Positions 34,441 through 44,313 of a stretch of DNA of 44,492 nucleotides are shown piece after piece. This DNA comes from an uncultured Clostridia bacterium. GTDB taxonomy: Bacteria > Bacillota > Clostridia > Oscillospirales > Oscillospiraceae. The notes beneath the pieces were generated by a model. The model saw nothing but the letters and a program-made list of their open reading frames with translations, ran no database searches and was not told the origin of the DNA. Where the stretch lies: positions 1 through 44,492 of the forward strand of contig CAMZHU010000001.1 in assembly GCA_947306975.1 (NCBI GenBank). The letters are read 5' to 3'. The number at the start of each line of letters is the position of its first letter. Position 1 is the first letter of the stretch. Both the position numbers and the translations under genes were made by a program.

Positions 34441-35934
34441 TCATTCTGCCGATTCCTGGATCATCCGGGAAAAGACTTTCTTCCATTTGCCGCGCGTGAA
34501 TCTCAGCCAGATAAGGATAGCGCGGGCCGCCTGATCGCCCAGCATGCCCCACCAAGCTCCGACGACGCCCCAGTGAAGAACATTGATCGCCGTATAAACA
34601 AGTATGAGACGCAGGATTATGCAGGTGGTAAACGTTATAGCGGTCACTGCTTTCGTATCTCCGGCTCCGCGCAGCGCTCCTGCGACCGTGAACTGCAGCG
34701 CGAGGAACGGCTGGATGACGGACACGACGACGAATAGTTCCGTACACCGTTCGATCACCACCGGATCGTCGGTGTACCAGCGGGACATCGCGCCGCCCCA
34801 CATGAAGAAGACCACTCCGAGCACGACGGAAACACAGAGAGACAGCGTCGCACACGATCGTGAATACGCCTGCGACATCTCAGGCCGGCGCCTGCCGATG
34901 CTCTGTCCCATAAGCGTCGTAGCTGAATGGGCAAATCCAACGCCGTTCGTCATCGACATCGTCTGGAGATTCAGGCACACCTGGTGCGCGGCATATTCCA
35001 GCGTCCCCAGCTGCGCTATCCAGCGGTTGAACATCAGAGAGGCGAATCTTATGCAGAGCTGTTCGACCATCGCGGGTATACCGATGACCAGTATATCCTT
35101 TATCATGTCGAATCTGACCCTGAAGTCTCTTCTGTACTCAAGGAATACATAGTTCCGTTTTCTGAAGATTACAAATACAGCCATTACCGTTGCGGCAGCC
35201 TGGCCGATCATCGTAGCTATCGAGGCTCCGAGCACTTCGAGACGCGGGAACCCCAGATGTCCCTCGATGAGAAAGTAGTTAGCGATTATATTCACTATAT
35301 TCGCTACTACATTGTAGATCATCGTCGTCCGGGTGTTTCCGACGCCGCGGAGCGACGCGGAGATAGTCATGGTCACGCCGTAAAGCAGCATGCCAGCGCA
35401 CTGGATCCGTAAATACTGCGTACCTGCGTAGAGTGTCTGCGCATCCGGAGCGCCCATGGCCCGGATCATCTGTTCGGAGAGGATGTACCCGGCTACGCCC
35501 AGGATGATCGTGAAGAAGAAATTGAAGAACATCGCCTGCTGCAGATACGAGTTTGCTAGCTTTCTGTCTTCCGCTCCCCTTGCGCGTGCGATATACGCGG
35601 TGGAACCCACGTTGAGCGACTGAAGTATCGATATGAATATCATCCTCGGTTGGGAGGCAAGTCCTACGGCCGTTATCGCCCAGGGGCCGAGGTTGCCGAC
35701 CATCATAAGGTCTACCATAGACGCAAGCGAGAGGAGCGTAAGCTCGATCATGGCCGGCCATGCGATGACGAAGATATCCCTGTATATCATACGTCTGGTC
35801 ACGCCTTCCGGAAGGCGCCGGCTGTCAGTCTCGAGCTGGTGCTCTATCTCGCTGTCGGTACAGAACGGCAGACTGTCGAGCGTAGTCGTGATCTTCTTTA
35901 CCTTTTCTTCTCTGAAACTAACTGCCTCAGCCAT
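34441..35934 (-). CDS. MATE-family efflux transporter
   Basis: 12 TM helices in two MatE repeats. The ATG at 35934 has GGAGGAGG 8 nt upstream; the ORF track starts at a GTG at 35943. Confidence 0.85.
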   Translation of the reverse strand: MAEAVSFREEKVKKITTTLDSLPFCTDSEIEHQLETDSRRLPEGVTRRMIYRDIFVIAWPAMIELTLLSLASMVDLMMVGNLGPWAITAVGLASQPRMIFISILQSLNVGSTAYIARARGAEDRKLANSYLQQAMFFNFFFTIILGVAGYILSEQMIRAMGAPDAQTLYAGTQYLRIQCAGMLLYGVTMTISASLRGVGNTRTTMIYNVVANIVNIIANYFLIEGHLGFPRLEVLGASIATMIGQAAATVMAVFVIFRKRNYVFLEYRRDFRVRFDMIKDILVIGIPAMVEQLCIRFASLMFNRWIAQLGTLEYAAHQVCLNLQTMSMTNGVGFAHSATTLMGQSIGRRRPEMSQAYSRSCATLSLCVSVVLGVVFFMWGGAMSRWYTDDPVVIERCTELFVVVSVIQPFLALQFTVAGALRGAGDTKAVTAITFTTCIILRLILVYTAINVLHWGVVGAWWGMLGDQAARAILIWLRFTRGKWKKVFSRMIQESAE

Positions 35935-36057
35935 GGCTTGCACCTCCTCCCCGCACGTGTCAATTTACATTGAGAATTATAACACCGTGAAATATAAAAT
36001 CAAATATTCAATCCGATGAAAAAGCCTGCGATCTTCGGGTCTGTACTCACACGCCGG

Positions 36058-36096
36058 AAAAAGCAGCGGCGCCGCGTCAGTCTGACACGGCGCTGC
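36058..36096 (-). terminator. Terminator after ppdK
   Basis: GC-rich imperfect hairpin (GCAGCGCCGTGTCAGA/...CGCGGCGCCGCTGC) followed by TTTTT on the minus strand. Confidence 0.5.
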
Positions 36097-36124
36097 ATTT
36101 AATTTATGGGCACAATATTACCGC

Positions 36125-38971
36125 TTATTTTCTCTCCTCGTCGAAGGTCTTCTTAGCTTCTTCCCATCCGGCTATGAGGCTCTTGAACCCGGCAGAGATG
36201 ATGTCTTTGACCTCGCCCGAGGCGTCGACAGCGGCGCTCTGGAGCTTGTCGGTAGCGACTTTCAGTTTGTCGGTAGCGTCCTTCAGCGCGTCTTTCGCTG
36301 CCGCGATCCTGGTCTCTACCTCTTTCTCGATCTTTTTCGAGGACTCCTCCTCTTTAATAGCTGCCTGTGCCGCGGCAAGTCTCGCTATCGGAACGCGGAA
36401 CGGAGAGCAGGAAACGTACGTAAGGCCAATATTGTGGCAGAATTCAACGGAGGACGGATCGCCGCCGTGTTCTCCGCAGATACCGAGTTTGATGTTTGGC
36501 CTGGACTTCCGGCCGAGGTGGCACGCCATCTTGACGAGCTTGCCGACACCGTTCTGGTCGAGGCGGGAGAACGGATCGGACTCGTAGATCTTCTTCGCAT
36601 AGTATGCGTCGAGGAACTTGCCCGCATCGTCTCGGCTGAGACCGAAGGTCATCTGAGTAAGGTCGTTCGTACCGAAGGAGAAGAATTCCGCGCTCTCAGC
36701 TATCTCGTCCGCAAGGAGCGCCGCGCGAGGCAGCTCTATCATCGTTCCGACGGTGTACTTGAGTTCCTTTCCGCTGGCCGCGATGATCTCATCAGCCGTC
36801 TTTGCGACTACGTCACGGACATAATCGAACTCTTTCTTGTCCCCTACGAGCGGGATCATGATCTCAGGCTCGACGTTCCAGTCGGGGTGTCTGTCGTTCA
36901 CATTGAGAGCGGCCTTTATGACTGCTCTTGTCTGCATCTCGGCTATCTCGGGATAGGTCACGGCAAGGCGGCAGCCCCTGTGACCCATCATCGGGTTGAA
37001 CTCATGGAGGCCGGCTATGATCGCCTTAATGTCATCCACGGTCTTGCCCTGCGCTTCCGCAAGAGCTGCGATGTCGTCCTCTTCAGTAGGTACGAACTCA
37101 TGGAGCGGAGGATCGAGGAACCTGATGGTCACGGGCATGCCCTCCATAGCCTCGTAAATACCCTCGAAATCGCCCTGCTGCATAGGCTCGAGCTTTGCCA
37201 GAGCGATCTGACGCTGCTCGACTGTATCGGAGCAGATCATCTCACGGATCGCGGGTATCCTGTCCGCGTTGAAGAACATATGCTCGGTGCGGCAGAGACC
37301 TATGCCCTCCGCGCCGAATTTCTTAGCCTGAGCGGCCTCTCTCGGAGTGTCTGCATTTGTGCGGACCTTCATCGTGCGGAACTGGTCTGCCCAGCCCATG
37401 ATGCGGCCGAACTCGCCGCCGATAGTCGCGTCGGTCGTCGGGATGGCTTCGCCGTAGATATTGCCGGTGGAACCGTCAAGGCTTATCCATTCGCCCTCTG
37501 TATATACTCTTCCGTTCAGTTCGAACTTCTTGTTTTCCTCGTCCATGGCTATCGCACCGCATCCCGATACGCAGCAGGTACCGATGCCGCGTGCGACGAC
37601 GGCAGCATGAGAAGTCATACCTCCGCGGACGGTTAGGATGCCCTGCGCAGCGACCATGCCCTCGATGTCCTCAGGGGACGTCTCGAGACGTACGAGTATC
37701 ACTTTCTCGCCGCGGGACGCCCATTCTTTTGCCTCATCGGCGGTGAAAACTATCCTGCCGCAGGCAGCGCCGGGTGACGCTGCGAGAGCGGTGGCGACGG
37801 GCTCGGCTTTTTTGAGAGCCTCTGCGTCGAACATCGGATGGAGTAGCGCGTCGAGCTGCTTCGGGTCTATCATTGCCACTGCTTCCTTTTCGGAGAGCAT
37901 GCCCTCGTCGACGAGGTCGCAGGCTATCTTGAGAGCCGCAACCGCCGTGCGCTTTCCGTTTCTCGTCTGGAGCATATAGAGCTTCTTGTCCTCGATGGTG
38001 AACTCCATATCCTGCATGTCGCGGTAATGCTCCTCGAGCTTTGCGCAGATGTCCACGAACTGTGCGTATGCTTCAGGCATCACCTGAGCGAGCTGGTCGA
38101 TGGTCTGGGGCGTACGAACGCCGGCAACGACGTCTTCGCCCTGGGCGTTCATAAGGAATTCACCGAAGAGCTTCTTCTCGCCGGTCGCAGGGTTGCGTGT
38201 GAACGCGACGCCCGTACCGGATGTGTCGCCGAGGTTTCCGAAAACCATCGTCTGGACGTTGACGGCTGTTCCCCATGAGCCGGGGATGTCGTTCATCCTG
38301 CGGTATACGATAGCGCGCGGGTTGTCCCAGCTGCGGAACACGGCCTTGATCGCGCCCATGAGCTGTTCTTTGGGATCAGACGGGAAATCTGTGCCGATCT
38401 TGGCTTTGTACTCAGCCTTGAACTGCTCGGCAAGCTCCATCAGATCACCGGCGGTCAGTTCCGTATCCTGAGTTACTCCGCGGGCCTTCTTCATCTTATC
38501 TATGAGCTGCTCAAAGTACTTCTTGCCGACCTCCATAACGACGTCGGAATACATCTGGATGAAACGTCTGTAGCAGTCGTACGCCCAGCGGGGATTGCCG
38601 CTGCGCTTAGCCATGACCTCAACGACCTCCTCGTTGAGGCCGAGGTTAAGAATAGTATCCATCATGCCGGGCATGGAAGCTCTCGCGCCGGAACGGACGG
38701 ATACGAGGAGCGGGTTCTCCGTGTCGCCGAACTTCTTTCCGGCTATCTCCTCGAGTTTGTCAATATAAGTCATGATCTCGCTCTGGATCTCAGGGCTGAT
38801 CTGCTCGCCATCCTCATAATACTTAGTGCAGGCCTCGGTCGTAATGGTAAAGCCCTGCGGAACGGGCATTCCGAGATTGGTCATCTCAGCAAGGTTTGCG
38901 CCTTTACCGCCGAGAAGCTCACGCATCTTTCCGTTGCCTTCGGAAAACAGATATACGTATTTTTTAGCCAT
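36125..38971 (-). CDS. ppdK: Pyruvate, phosphate dikinase with a ~76-aa C-terminal helical extension
   Basis: The start MAKKYVYLFSEGNGKMRELLGGKGANLAEM follows AGGAGGT. Phosphohistidine motif GGMTSHAAVVARG, and GICGEHGGDP. The canonical end ...VSCSPFRVPIARLAAAQAAI is followed by 76 additional residues. Confidence 0.95.
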   Translation of the reverse strand: MAKKYVYLFSEGNGKMRELLGGKGANLAEMTNLGMPVPQGFTITTEACTKYYEDGEQISPEIQSEIMTYIDKLEEIAGKKFGDTENPLLVSVRSGARASMPGMMDTILNLGLNEEVVEVMAKRSGNPRWAYDCYRRFIQMYSDVVMEVGKKYFEQLIDKMKKARGVTQDTELTAGDLMELAEQFKAEYKAKIGTDFPSDPKEQLMGAIKAVFRSWDNPRAIVYRRMNDIPGSWGTAVNVQTMVFGNLGDTSGTGVAFTRNPATGEKKLFGEFLMNAQGEDVVAGVRTPQTIDQLAQVMPEAYAQFVDICAKLEEHYRDMQDMEFTIEDKKLYMLQTRNGKRTAVAALKIACDLVDEGMLSEKEAVAMIDPKQLDALLHPMFDAEALKKAEPVATALAASPGAACGRIVFTADEAKEWASRGEKVILVRLETSPEDIEGMVAAQGILTVRGGMTSHAAVVARGIGTCCVSGCGAIAMDEENKKFELNGRVYTEGEWISLDGSTGNIYGEAIPTTDATIGGEFGRIMGWADQFRTMKVRTNADTPREAAQAKKFGAEGIGLCRTEHMFFNADRIPAIREMICSDTVEQRQIALAKLEPMQQGDFEGIYEAMEGMPVTIRFLDPPLHEFVPTEEDDIAALAEAQGKTVDDIKAIIAGLHEFNPMMGHRGCRLAVTYPEIAEMQTRAVIKAALNVNDRHPDWNVEPEIMIPLVGDKKEFDYVRDVVAKTADEIIAASGKELKYTVGTMIELPRAALLADEIAESAEFFSFGTNDLTQMTFGLSRDDAGKFLDAYYAKKIYESDPFSRLDQNGVGKLVKMACHLGRKSRPNIKLGICGEHGGDPSSVEFCHNIGLTYVSCSPFRVPIARLAAAQAAIKEEESSKKIEKEVETRIAAAKDALKDATDKLKVATDKLQSAAVDASGEVKDIISAGFKSLIAGWEEAKKTFDEERK

Positions 38972-39027
38972 TGTTTTACCTCCTGAATTGCTTATATGTA
39001 AACTTATCATTTCCCACAATCTTGGAA

Positions 39028-39056
39028 ATTATATCATCACACGGCATGCTGTTCAA
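39028..39056 (-). promoter_or_regulatory. Candidate ppdK promoter (TTGAAC-17-TATAAT)
   Basis: The minus strand reads TTGAACagcatgccgtgtgatgaTATAAT, about 57 nt upstream of the ATG. Confidence 0.45.
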
Positions 39057-39130
39057 GCCAATTTTTCTGAATTTAAGCGGCTGTTTATGCCAATAATGCA
39101 CAGCAAGGCGCGTTTATCATGCAAACAGCA

Positions 39131-39156
39131 GGACGTCCGGCAAAAACCGGACGTCC
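39131..39156 (-). terminator. Stem-loop after mnmE (possible terminator)
   Basis: GGACGTCCGG-tttttg-CCGGACGTCC followed by TGCTGTTTG on the minus strand. Confidence 0.4.
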
Positions 39157-39184
39157 CTTTGAATCAGTATCAGTTTTTCTTAAA

Positions 39185-40549
39185 CTATTTGCCGACGCAG
39201 AAGCGCTCGAATATCCTCGAAACTATATCCTCCCGCATACCGCGTCCGGTTATCTCACCGAGCGCTCCGAGGGCGTACTCGACCTCGGTCAGCACAGCGT
39301 CCGGAGTCACTCCGCCCAGCATGGCTTCTCTTGCACGCACGACACCGTCGAGGGCGCGTGCTACAGCCTCAGCCTGACGCTCATTAGTCAGTATCTCGCC
39401 CGACGCAGGCGCACCTCCGGCAAATATCTCAGATATCCTTGCTTCAAGTGTATCTATACCGTCGCCGCTGAGCGACGACACCCTGCATACATCTTCGAAA
39501 GCGCTCTCGACCATACCCATATCCGCTTCCGGGAGATCACGTTTGTTTATGACTGCGATCGGGTGTCCGGACGTCCCTGCCACGGCTACGATCTCCCTGT
39601 CAGCGTCATCCAGAGACCGCGAGCCGTCGAAGACCGCCAGAACGAGTTCCGCTTCCGCTGCAGCAGCACGCGCGCGTTCAACGCCCATCTTTTCCACTTC
39701 ATCGGACGTCCCATGTATACCCGCAGTATCCGTAAGGCAAAGCAGCACTCCTCCGGCGGATATCCTTTCGGTTATCGTGTCTCGTGTCGTTCCGGCAATG
39801 TCGGTCACTATGGCCCTGTCATATCCCACGAGAGCATTGAGCAGCGACGACTTCCCCACGTTCGGCTTGCCGATTATCGCACATCTGACGCCGTTTTTCA
39901 GCACCCTGCCCCGTTCGAATGTGGACAGCAGACGTCCGAGTTCGATTTCAGCACGGGAAAGAGTTTCTGAGTAATCCTCAAGTCTGAACTCATCTATGTC
40001 CTCGTCCGGATAATCGAGAACGGCATGGAAATGTGACATTATGTCAACCAGGTCGGAATATATCCCTTCCGCCTTGTATCTAATTGCGCCTCCGAGCTGC
40101 CCGGCGGCGTTTTTCGCCGCTTCCGAAGTTTCGGCCTCTATGAGGTCTATGACGGCTTCGGCCTGCGTCAGATCCAGCCTTCCGTTAAGGAATGCCCGTT
40201 TAGTGAATTCGCCCGGAAGCGCCTGCCTCGCACCAGCTGAAAATGCTGCTCGGAGCACTTCAGCAAGTACCCTCTGACCTCCGTGACACTGGAATTCTGC
40301 CGTATCCTCACCCGTGTAGCTGCCGGGTGCTCGGCTCACGGTGCAGAGAGCAATATCTATAAGAGCGCCGTCAGCGGCGTGCAGTCCGCCGTAGACCAGC
40401 TTCCTGTCAGGCATCTCCGACATCTTGCCCCCGCAGCTGGGTGTGAAAAGCGCATCCGCCACGGAAAGCGCATCTTCACCGCTGACGCGGATTATGCCTA
40501 TGGCAGATATCCCCGTTCCTGTCGCTATCGCAGCTATGGTATCCGACAT
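39185..40549 (-). CDS. mnmE: tRNA modification GTPase MnmE
   Basis: MSDTIAAIATG start, G-domain motifs GKPNVGKSSL, DTAG and NKRD, and the universally conserved C-terminal CVGK followed by a TAG stop. The ATG at 40549 has GGAGGA 6 nt upstream; the ORF track starts at 40570. Confidence 0.9.
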   Translation of the reverse strand: MSDTIAAIATGTGISAIGIIRVSGEDALSVADALFTPSCGGKMSEMPDRKLVYGGLHAADGALIDIALCTVSRAPGSYTGEDTAEFQCHGGQRVLAEVLRAAFSAGARQALPGEFTKRAFLNGRLDLTQAEAVIDLIEAETSEAAKNAAGQLGGAIRYKAEGIYSDLVDIMSHFHAVLDYPDEDIDEFRLEDYSETLSRAEIELGRLLSTFERGRVLKNGVRCAIIGKPNVGKSSLLNALVGYDRAIVTDIAGTTRDTITERISAGGVLLCLTDTAGIHGTSDEVEKMGVERARAAAAEAELVLAVFDGSRSLDDADREIVAVAGTSGHPIAVINKRDLPEADMGMVESAFEDVCRVSSLSGDGIDTLEARISEIFAGGAPASGEILTNERQAEAVARALDGVVRAREAMLGGVTPDAVLTEVEYALGALGEITGRGMREDIVSRIFERFCVGK

Positions 40550-40572
40550 CCCATGTCCTCCGTAACTCAAGA

Positions 40573-40600
40573 ATAAGCTCCGGCGGCCGCCGGAGCTTAT
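40573..40600 (-). terminator. Palindromic stem-loop between the 114-aa ORF and mnmE
   Basis: ATAAGCTCCGGCGGCCGCCGGAGCTTAT is a perfect 28-nt palindrome, followed by TCTTG on the minus strand (the plus strand continues TTCAT). Confidence 0.45.
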
Positions 40601-40609
40601 TTCATCCTT

Positions 40610-40954
40610 TCATGCCTCTGTGAACTCAAACAGCCGGGCGTCAAAGTCGCGCAGGAGCACCTGCTCAACGCGGCCGAGCATTTGCTTCTCGACGGTTATG
40701 TGAAGTTTTCCGGACCCCGGATCATACCCGTATGAAGCAATGCCCTCGAGCTTCGGAAAAACGTTTTCCTCCAGTTCTGCCGCAAGCTCGTTCATCGTGT
40801 CCTCGCTCTGAAGATAATAGTCCGTGTCGTGCACGCTCTCGTATTTAGGAGGTATGCCCATGTCCGCTGTGAAGCAGACGATGAGCGCGAGCACCGCAGC
40901 GCCGAGGATTACGACGATGCCTATCGGTTTCAGTTTCTTGAGATCAACCTGCAT
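40610..40954 (-). CDS. Hypothetical membrane-anchored protein
   Basis: 114 aa with one N-terminal TM helix (IGIVVILGAAVLALIVCF) and an acidic soluble tail. No family recognised. It sits tightly behind the transketolase genes. Confidence 0.45.
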   Translation of the reverse strand: MQVDLKKLKPIGIVVILGAAVLALIVCFTADMGIPPKYESVHDTDYYLQSEDTMNELAAELEENVFPKLEGIASYGYDPGSGKLHITVEKQMLGRVEQVLLRDFDARLFEFTEA

Positions 40955-40957
40955 CTA

Positions 40958-41920
40958 TTACTTTCTGGCTATGGCGCGCTTTGCCGCGTCAATGATATCC
41001 ATCGCCGTCAGATTGTACTGCTCGCGCAGATAATCTACAGAACCGACCTGGCCGAATCTGTCGTCGACTCCGACCATCTCGATCGGCACAGGACGTGATT
41101 TCGACGCGGCCTCTGCGATTGCTGAACCAAGTCCGCCGTAAATATTGTGGTTCTCGGCAGTTACGAAGCACCCGGTATCCGCTGCGCACTTGGCAACGAG
41201 TTCCGCGTCTATCGGTTTCCATGTGAACATGTCCACTACTCTGACCGAAACGCCGCCGTTCTTCAGGACCGTAGCCGCCTTCATCGCTTCCGCGACCATT
41301 ATGCCGCTTGCAAAGATCGTGACGTCTCTGCCGTCCTGGAGCACGTTCCCCTTTCCGATCTCGAAGGTCGAGCCCTCCTCATATACCGCAGCGGCTTCCT
41401 TGCGCACGAGACGGATGTAGTACACACCGTATTCATTCGCGAGCTTTCTGACGATGAAATCGGTCATCACGGGGTCGGTCGGCTCTATGAGCGTTATCTG
41501 CGGTATAGAACGCAGGACTCCCATATCCTCGAAAGGCATATGCGTGCCGCCGTTCTTTGCGGCCGTGATGCCGGGATCGGATCCGATTATACGCACGTTC
41601 AGCTTTGCATAAGCTGCGGATATCATGATCTGATCGCAGACCCTGCGGGAAGAGAAGCAGCCGAAGCTGTGAGCATACGGGACCTTGCCGACCAGGGAGA
41701 GTCCCGCTGCGATTCCTATCATATTCGCTTCTGCGATGCCGCACTGGACAGCGCGTTCGGGATAGAGTTTGAAAAACGGTTTGAGGCCTGAGGAACCGAT
41801 AAGGTCTGCGTCGAGTGCGACTATCCTGTCGTCGTCTGCGGCCATATCCGTGAGGGCTTTGCACATGGCGTCCCGCATGAGGACGGGACTGGTCTCAAAA
41901 GAATCTCTTACTGTAAACAT
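40958..41920 (-). CDS. Transketolase, C-terminal (pyrimidine-binding) subunit
   Basis: 320 aa. GIAEANMIGIAAGL, GGTHMPFEDMG and the C-terminal transketolase domain are present. Confidence 0.9.
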   Translation of the reverse strand: MFTVRDSFETSPVLMRDAMCKALTDMAADDDRIVALDADLIGSSGLKPFFKLYPERAVQCGIAEANMIGIAAGLSLVGKVPYAHSFGCFSSRRVCDQIMISAAYAKLNVRIIGSDPGITAAKNGGTHMPFEDMGVLRSIPQITLIEPTDPVMTDFIVRKLANEYGVYYIRLVRKEAAAVYEEGSTFEIGKGNVLQDGRDVTIFASGIMVAEAMKAATVLKNGGVSVRVVDMFTWKPIDAELVAKCAADTGCFVTAENHNIYGGLGSAIAEAASKSRPVPIEMVGVDDRFGQVGSVDYLREQYNLTAMDIIDAAKRAIARK

Positions 41921-41934
41921 TCTTCCGTCCCTCC

Positions 41935-42786
41935 TTACACTTCAGCCTGCGCCGCCATAAGGCGGTTCTTTGCGTTTGCGATCGCTTCCTGTATCTGCTC
42001 AGGCGTATAGCTCATATGATGGTTCGGTACGACGCCCTCGGCGAAAGTGCAGCCGTAACCCTTCTCCGTGTGGAGAATGATCATGGAGGGCTCGCCGACA
42101 TGTTCCTTTGCCGCCTGTACGGCACGGCGGATCGCTCCGCAGTCGTGTCCGTCGACATCCTGCACGAACCAGCCGAACGCGCGGAATTTCTCGCCCAGAT
42201 CCTTCATATCGAGGACGTCGGCGGTATAGCCGTCCAGCTGCTGTCTGTTGTTGTCGACAAAAGCGATGAGGTTGTCTAGCTTGTGGAAAGAGGCGAACAT
42301 CGCGCCCTCCCACACCTGGCCTTCATTGCATTCGCCGTCGCCGAGGATAAGATACGTGGTGCTGTCGGAACCGTTCATGCGGTTTCCAAGCGCGGCGCCG
42401 ATCGCGACGGATATCCCCTGGCCGAGGGAGCCGGTGGACATGTCGATGCCCGGGGTCTTGTTCCTGTCGCAGTGGCTCGGCAGCCGGCCGCCGTTCTGGT
42501 TGAGTTCGGAGAGCATCTCCTTCGGGAAAAAGCCCTTGAGCGCAAGCGTCGCATAAAGAGCCGGGCCGGCATGTCCCTTCGACAGGATCAGCCTGTCGCG
42601 CTCTGGCCAGTCGGGTTCCTCGGGCTTTACACGCATCTCGCTTCCGTATAGGACCGCGAGCGTCTCGACAATCGACATTGAGCCGCCGACATGTCCGGAA
42701 CCGGTGCCTGCAAACTCCTGCAGTGTTACGAGACGGATCCCTTCCGCTACTGTACGCAACTCGTTATCGCTTACATAGGTGTCCAT
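41935..42786 (-). CDS. Transketolase, N-terminal (TPP-binding) subunit
   Basis: GHVGGSMS, SKGHAGPALYA, GSLGQG and GDGECNEGQVWE. The ATG at 42786 has GAGGAG 10 nt upstream; the ORF track starts at a TTG at 42792. Confidence 0.9.
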   Translation of the reverse strand: MDTYVSDNELRTVAEGIRLVTLQEFAGTGSGHVGGSMSIVETLAVLYGSEMRVKPEEPDWPERDRLILSKGHAGPALYATLALKGFFPKEMLSELNQNGGRLPSHCDRNKTPGIDMSTGSLGQGISVAIGAALGNRMNGSDSTTYLILGDGECNEGQVWEGAMFASFHKLDNLIAFVDNNRQQLDGYTADVLDMKDLGEKFRAFGWFVQDVDGHDCGAIRRAVQAAKEHVGEPSMIILHTEKGYGCTFAEGVVPNHHMSYTPEQIQEAIANAKNRLMAAQAEV

Positions 42787-42847
42787 AAACAAAACACTCC
42801 TCTTTTTCTATAGCGGGGCTGTTGATTCCGGCGCGCTGGCCGTTTTT

Positions 42848-44251
42848 TCAGAGCAGTATCCTTTCGGCGATGTAGGCCTCGAGGTCGCCGACCTTGATCC
42901 TTTCCTGCTCCATGGTGTCTCTGTTCCTTATGGTCACGCATCCGTCTTCTGCCGTATCGAAGTCGACCGTCACGCAGAACGGCGTGCCGATCTCATCCTG
43001 TCTGCGGTAACGTTTTCCGATCGAACCCGACTCGTCGTAATCGACCATGAACTTCTTCTGCAGGCTGTGGAAAATCTCGGTCGCGGGCTCGGCGAGTTTC
43101 TTGGAGAGCGGGAGCACGGCGCACTTGAAGGGCGCGAGTGCCGGATGGAGATGCATGACGACGCGGGTGTCGTTCTTCTCGGGATCCACGATCTCCTCGT
43201 CATAAGCGTCCACAAGGACGGCGAGGACGGAGCGCTCTACGCCGAGCGACGGCTCGATGACGTACGGGATGTACTTCGTGTTCGTCTCCTGGTCGAAATA
43301 CTCGAGATTCTCGCCCGAGGTGTTCTGGTGCTGCGTAAGATCGTAATCCGTACGGTCAGCGATGCCCCAGAGCTCGCCCCAGCCGAACGGGAACATAAAC
43401 TCGAAATCTGTGGTCGCCTTGGAGTAGAACGAAAGCTCTTCGGGATCGTGATCGCGGAGGCGGAGGTTCTCGTCGCGCAGGCCGATGCCCAGCAGCCAGT
43501 TGTGGCAGAACGTCCTCCAGTAGTCGAACCACTCGAGGTCCGTACCGGGCTTGCAGAAGAACTCAAGCTCCATCTGCTCGAACTCGCGTACGCGGAAAAT
43601 GAAGTTGCCCGGCGTTATCTCGTTGCGGAAGCTCTTGCCGATCTGACCTATGCCGAACGGGAGTTTGCGGCGCGTCGTACGCTGCACGTTGTTGAAGTTT
43701 ACGAATATGCCCTGTGCCGTCTCCGGGCGGAGATATACCGTGTTCTTGGCGTCCTCAGTTACGCCCTGGAACGTTTTGAACATGAGGTTGAACTGGCGTA
43801 TATCCGTGAAATTATGCTTACCGCACGTCGGGCAAGCGATATCGTGGTCATCGACGAAAGCCTACATCTCAGCCTGTGAGAAGGCGTCGATGGGCTTCGT
43901 CAGTTCAAAGCCGTTCTCCTTGGCCCTGTCTTCGATAAGCTTGTCGGCGCGGAATCTTTCCTTGCACTCGCGGCAGTCCATGAGCGGATCGGAAAAGCCA
44001 CTCAGATGTCCCGAGGCCACCCATGTCTGGGGGTTCATGAGTATGGCGGCATCGAGTCCGACGTTATAGGGGCTCTCCTGAACGAATTTCTGCCACCACG
44101 CGCGTTTTATATTGTTCTTGAGTTCGACTCCGAGCGGGCCGTAGTCCCAGGTGTTCGCAAGACCGCCGTAGATCTCGCTTCCGGCAAAAATGAATCCTCT
44201 GCCTTTGCAGAGCGCTACGATCTTGTCCATGGTCTTTTCCGTATTCTTCAT
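42848..44251 (-). CDS. glyQS: Glycine--tRNA ligase (dimeric GlyQS type), interrupted by one in-frame TAG at 43862-43864
   Basis: Two ORF-track pieces (43862..44284 and 42848..43783) are in the same frame. Reading through the TAG gives ...[46 protein letters not shown].... This is colinear by eye with S. aureus GlyQS over the whole length ([90 protein letters not shown]). The start ATG at 44251 has GGGAGGAAG upstream. Confidence 0.85.
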
Positions 44252-44313
44252 TGCTTCCTCCCGTATCGTACAAGTATTTTTCAATAAAAAAATATATTAT
44301 ATTTTAACTAAAT

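Noticed and set aside
39185-39187. The idea that TAG is globally reassigned to a sense codon in this organism, prompted by the TAG inside glyQS.
   Set aside because: mnmE ends in the universally conserved C-terminal CVGK motif directly followed by TAG, and tetR (200 aa, full length) also stops at TAG. No other gene in the window contains an in-frame TAG. TAG is therefore a functional stop here, and any read-through in glyQS would be site-specific.
40958-42786. Split transketolase as a possible disrupted gene.
   Set aside because: Separate N- and C-terminal transketolase subunit genes are a common, functional arrangement in Clostridia and archaea. Both ORFs are intact, with their own RBSs.
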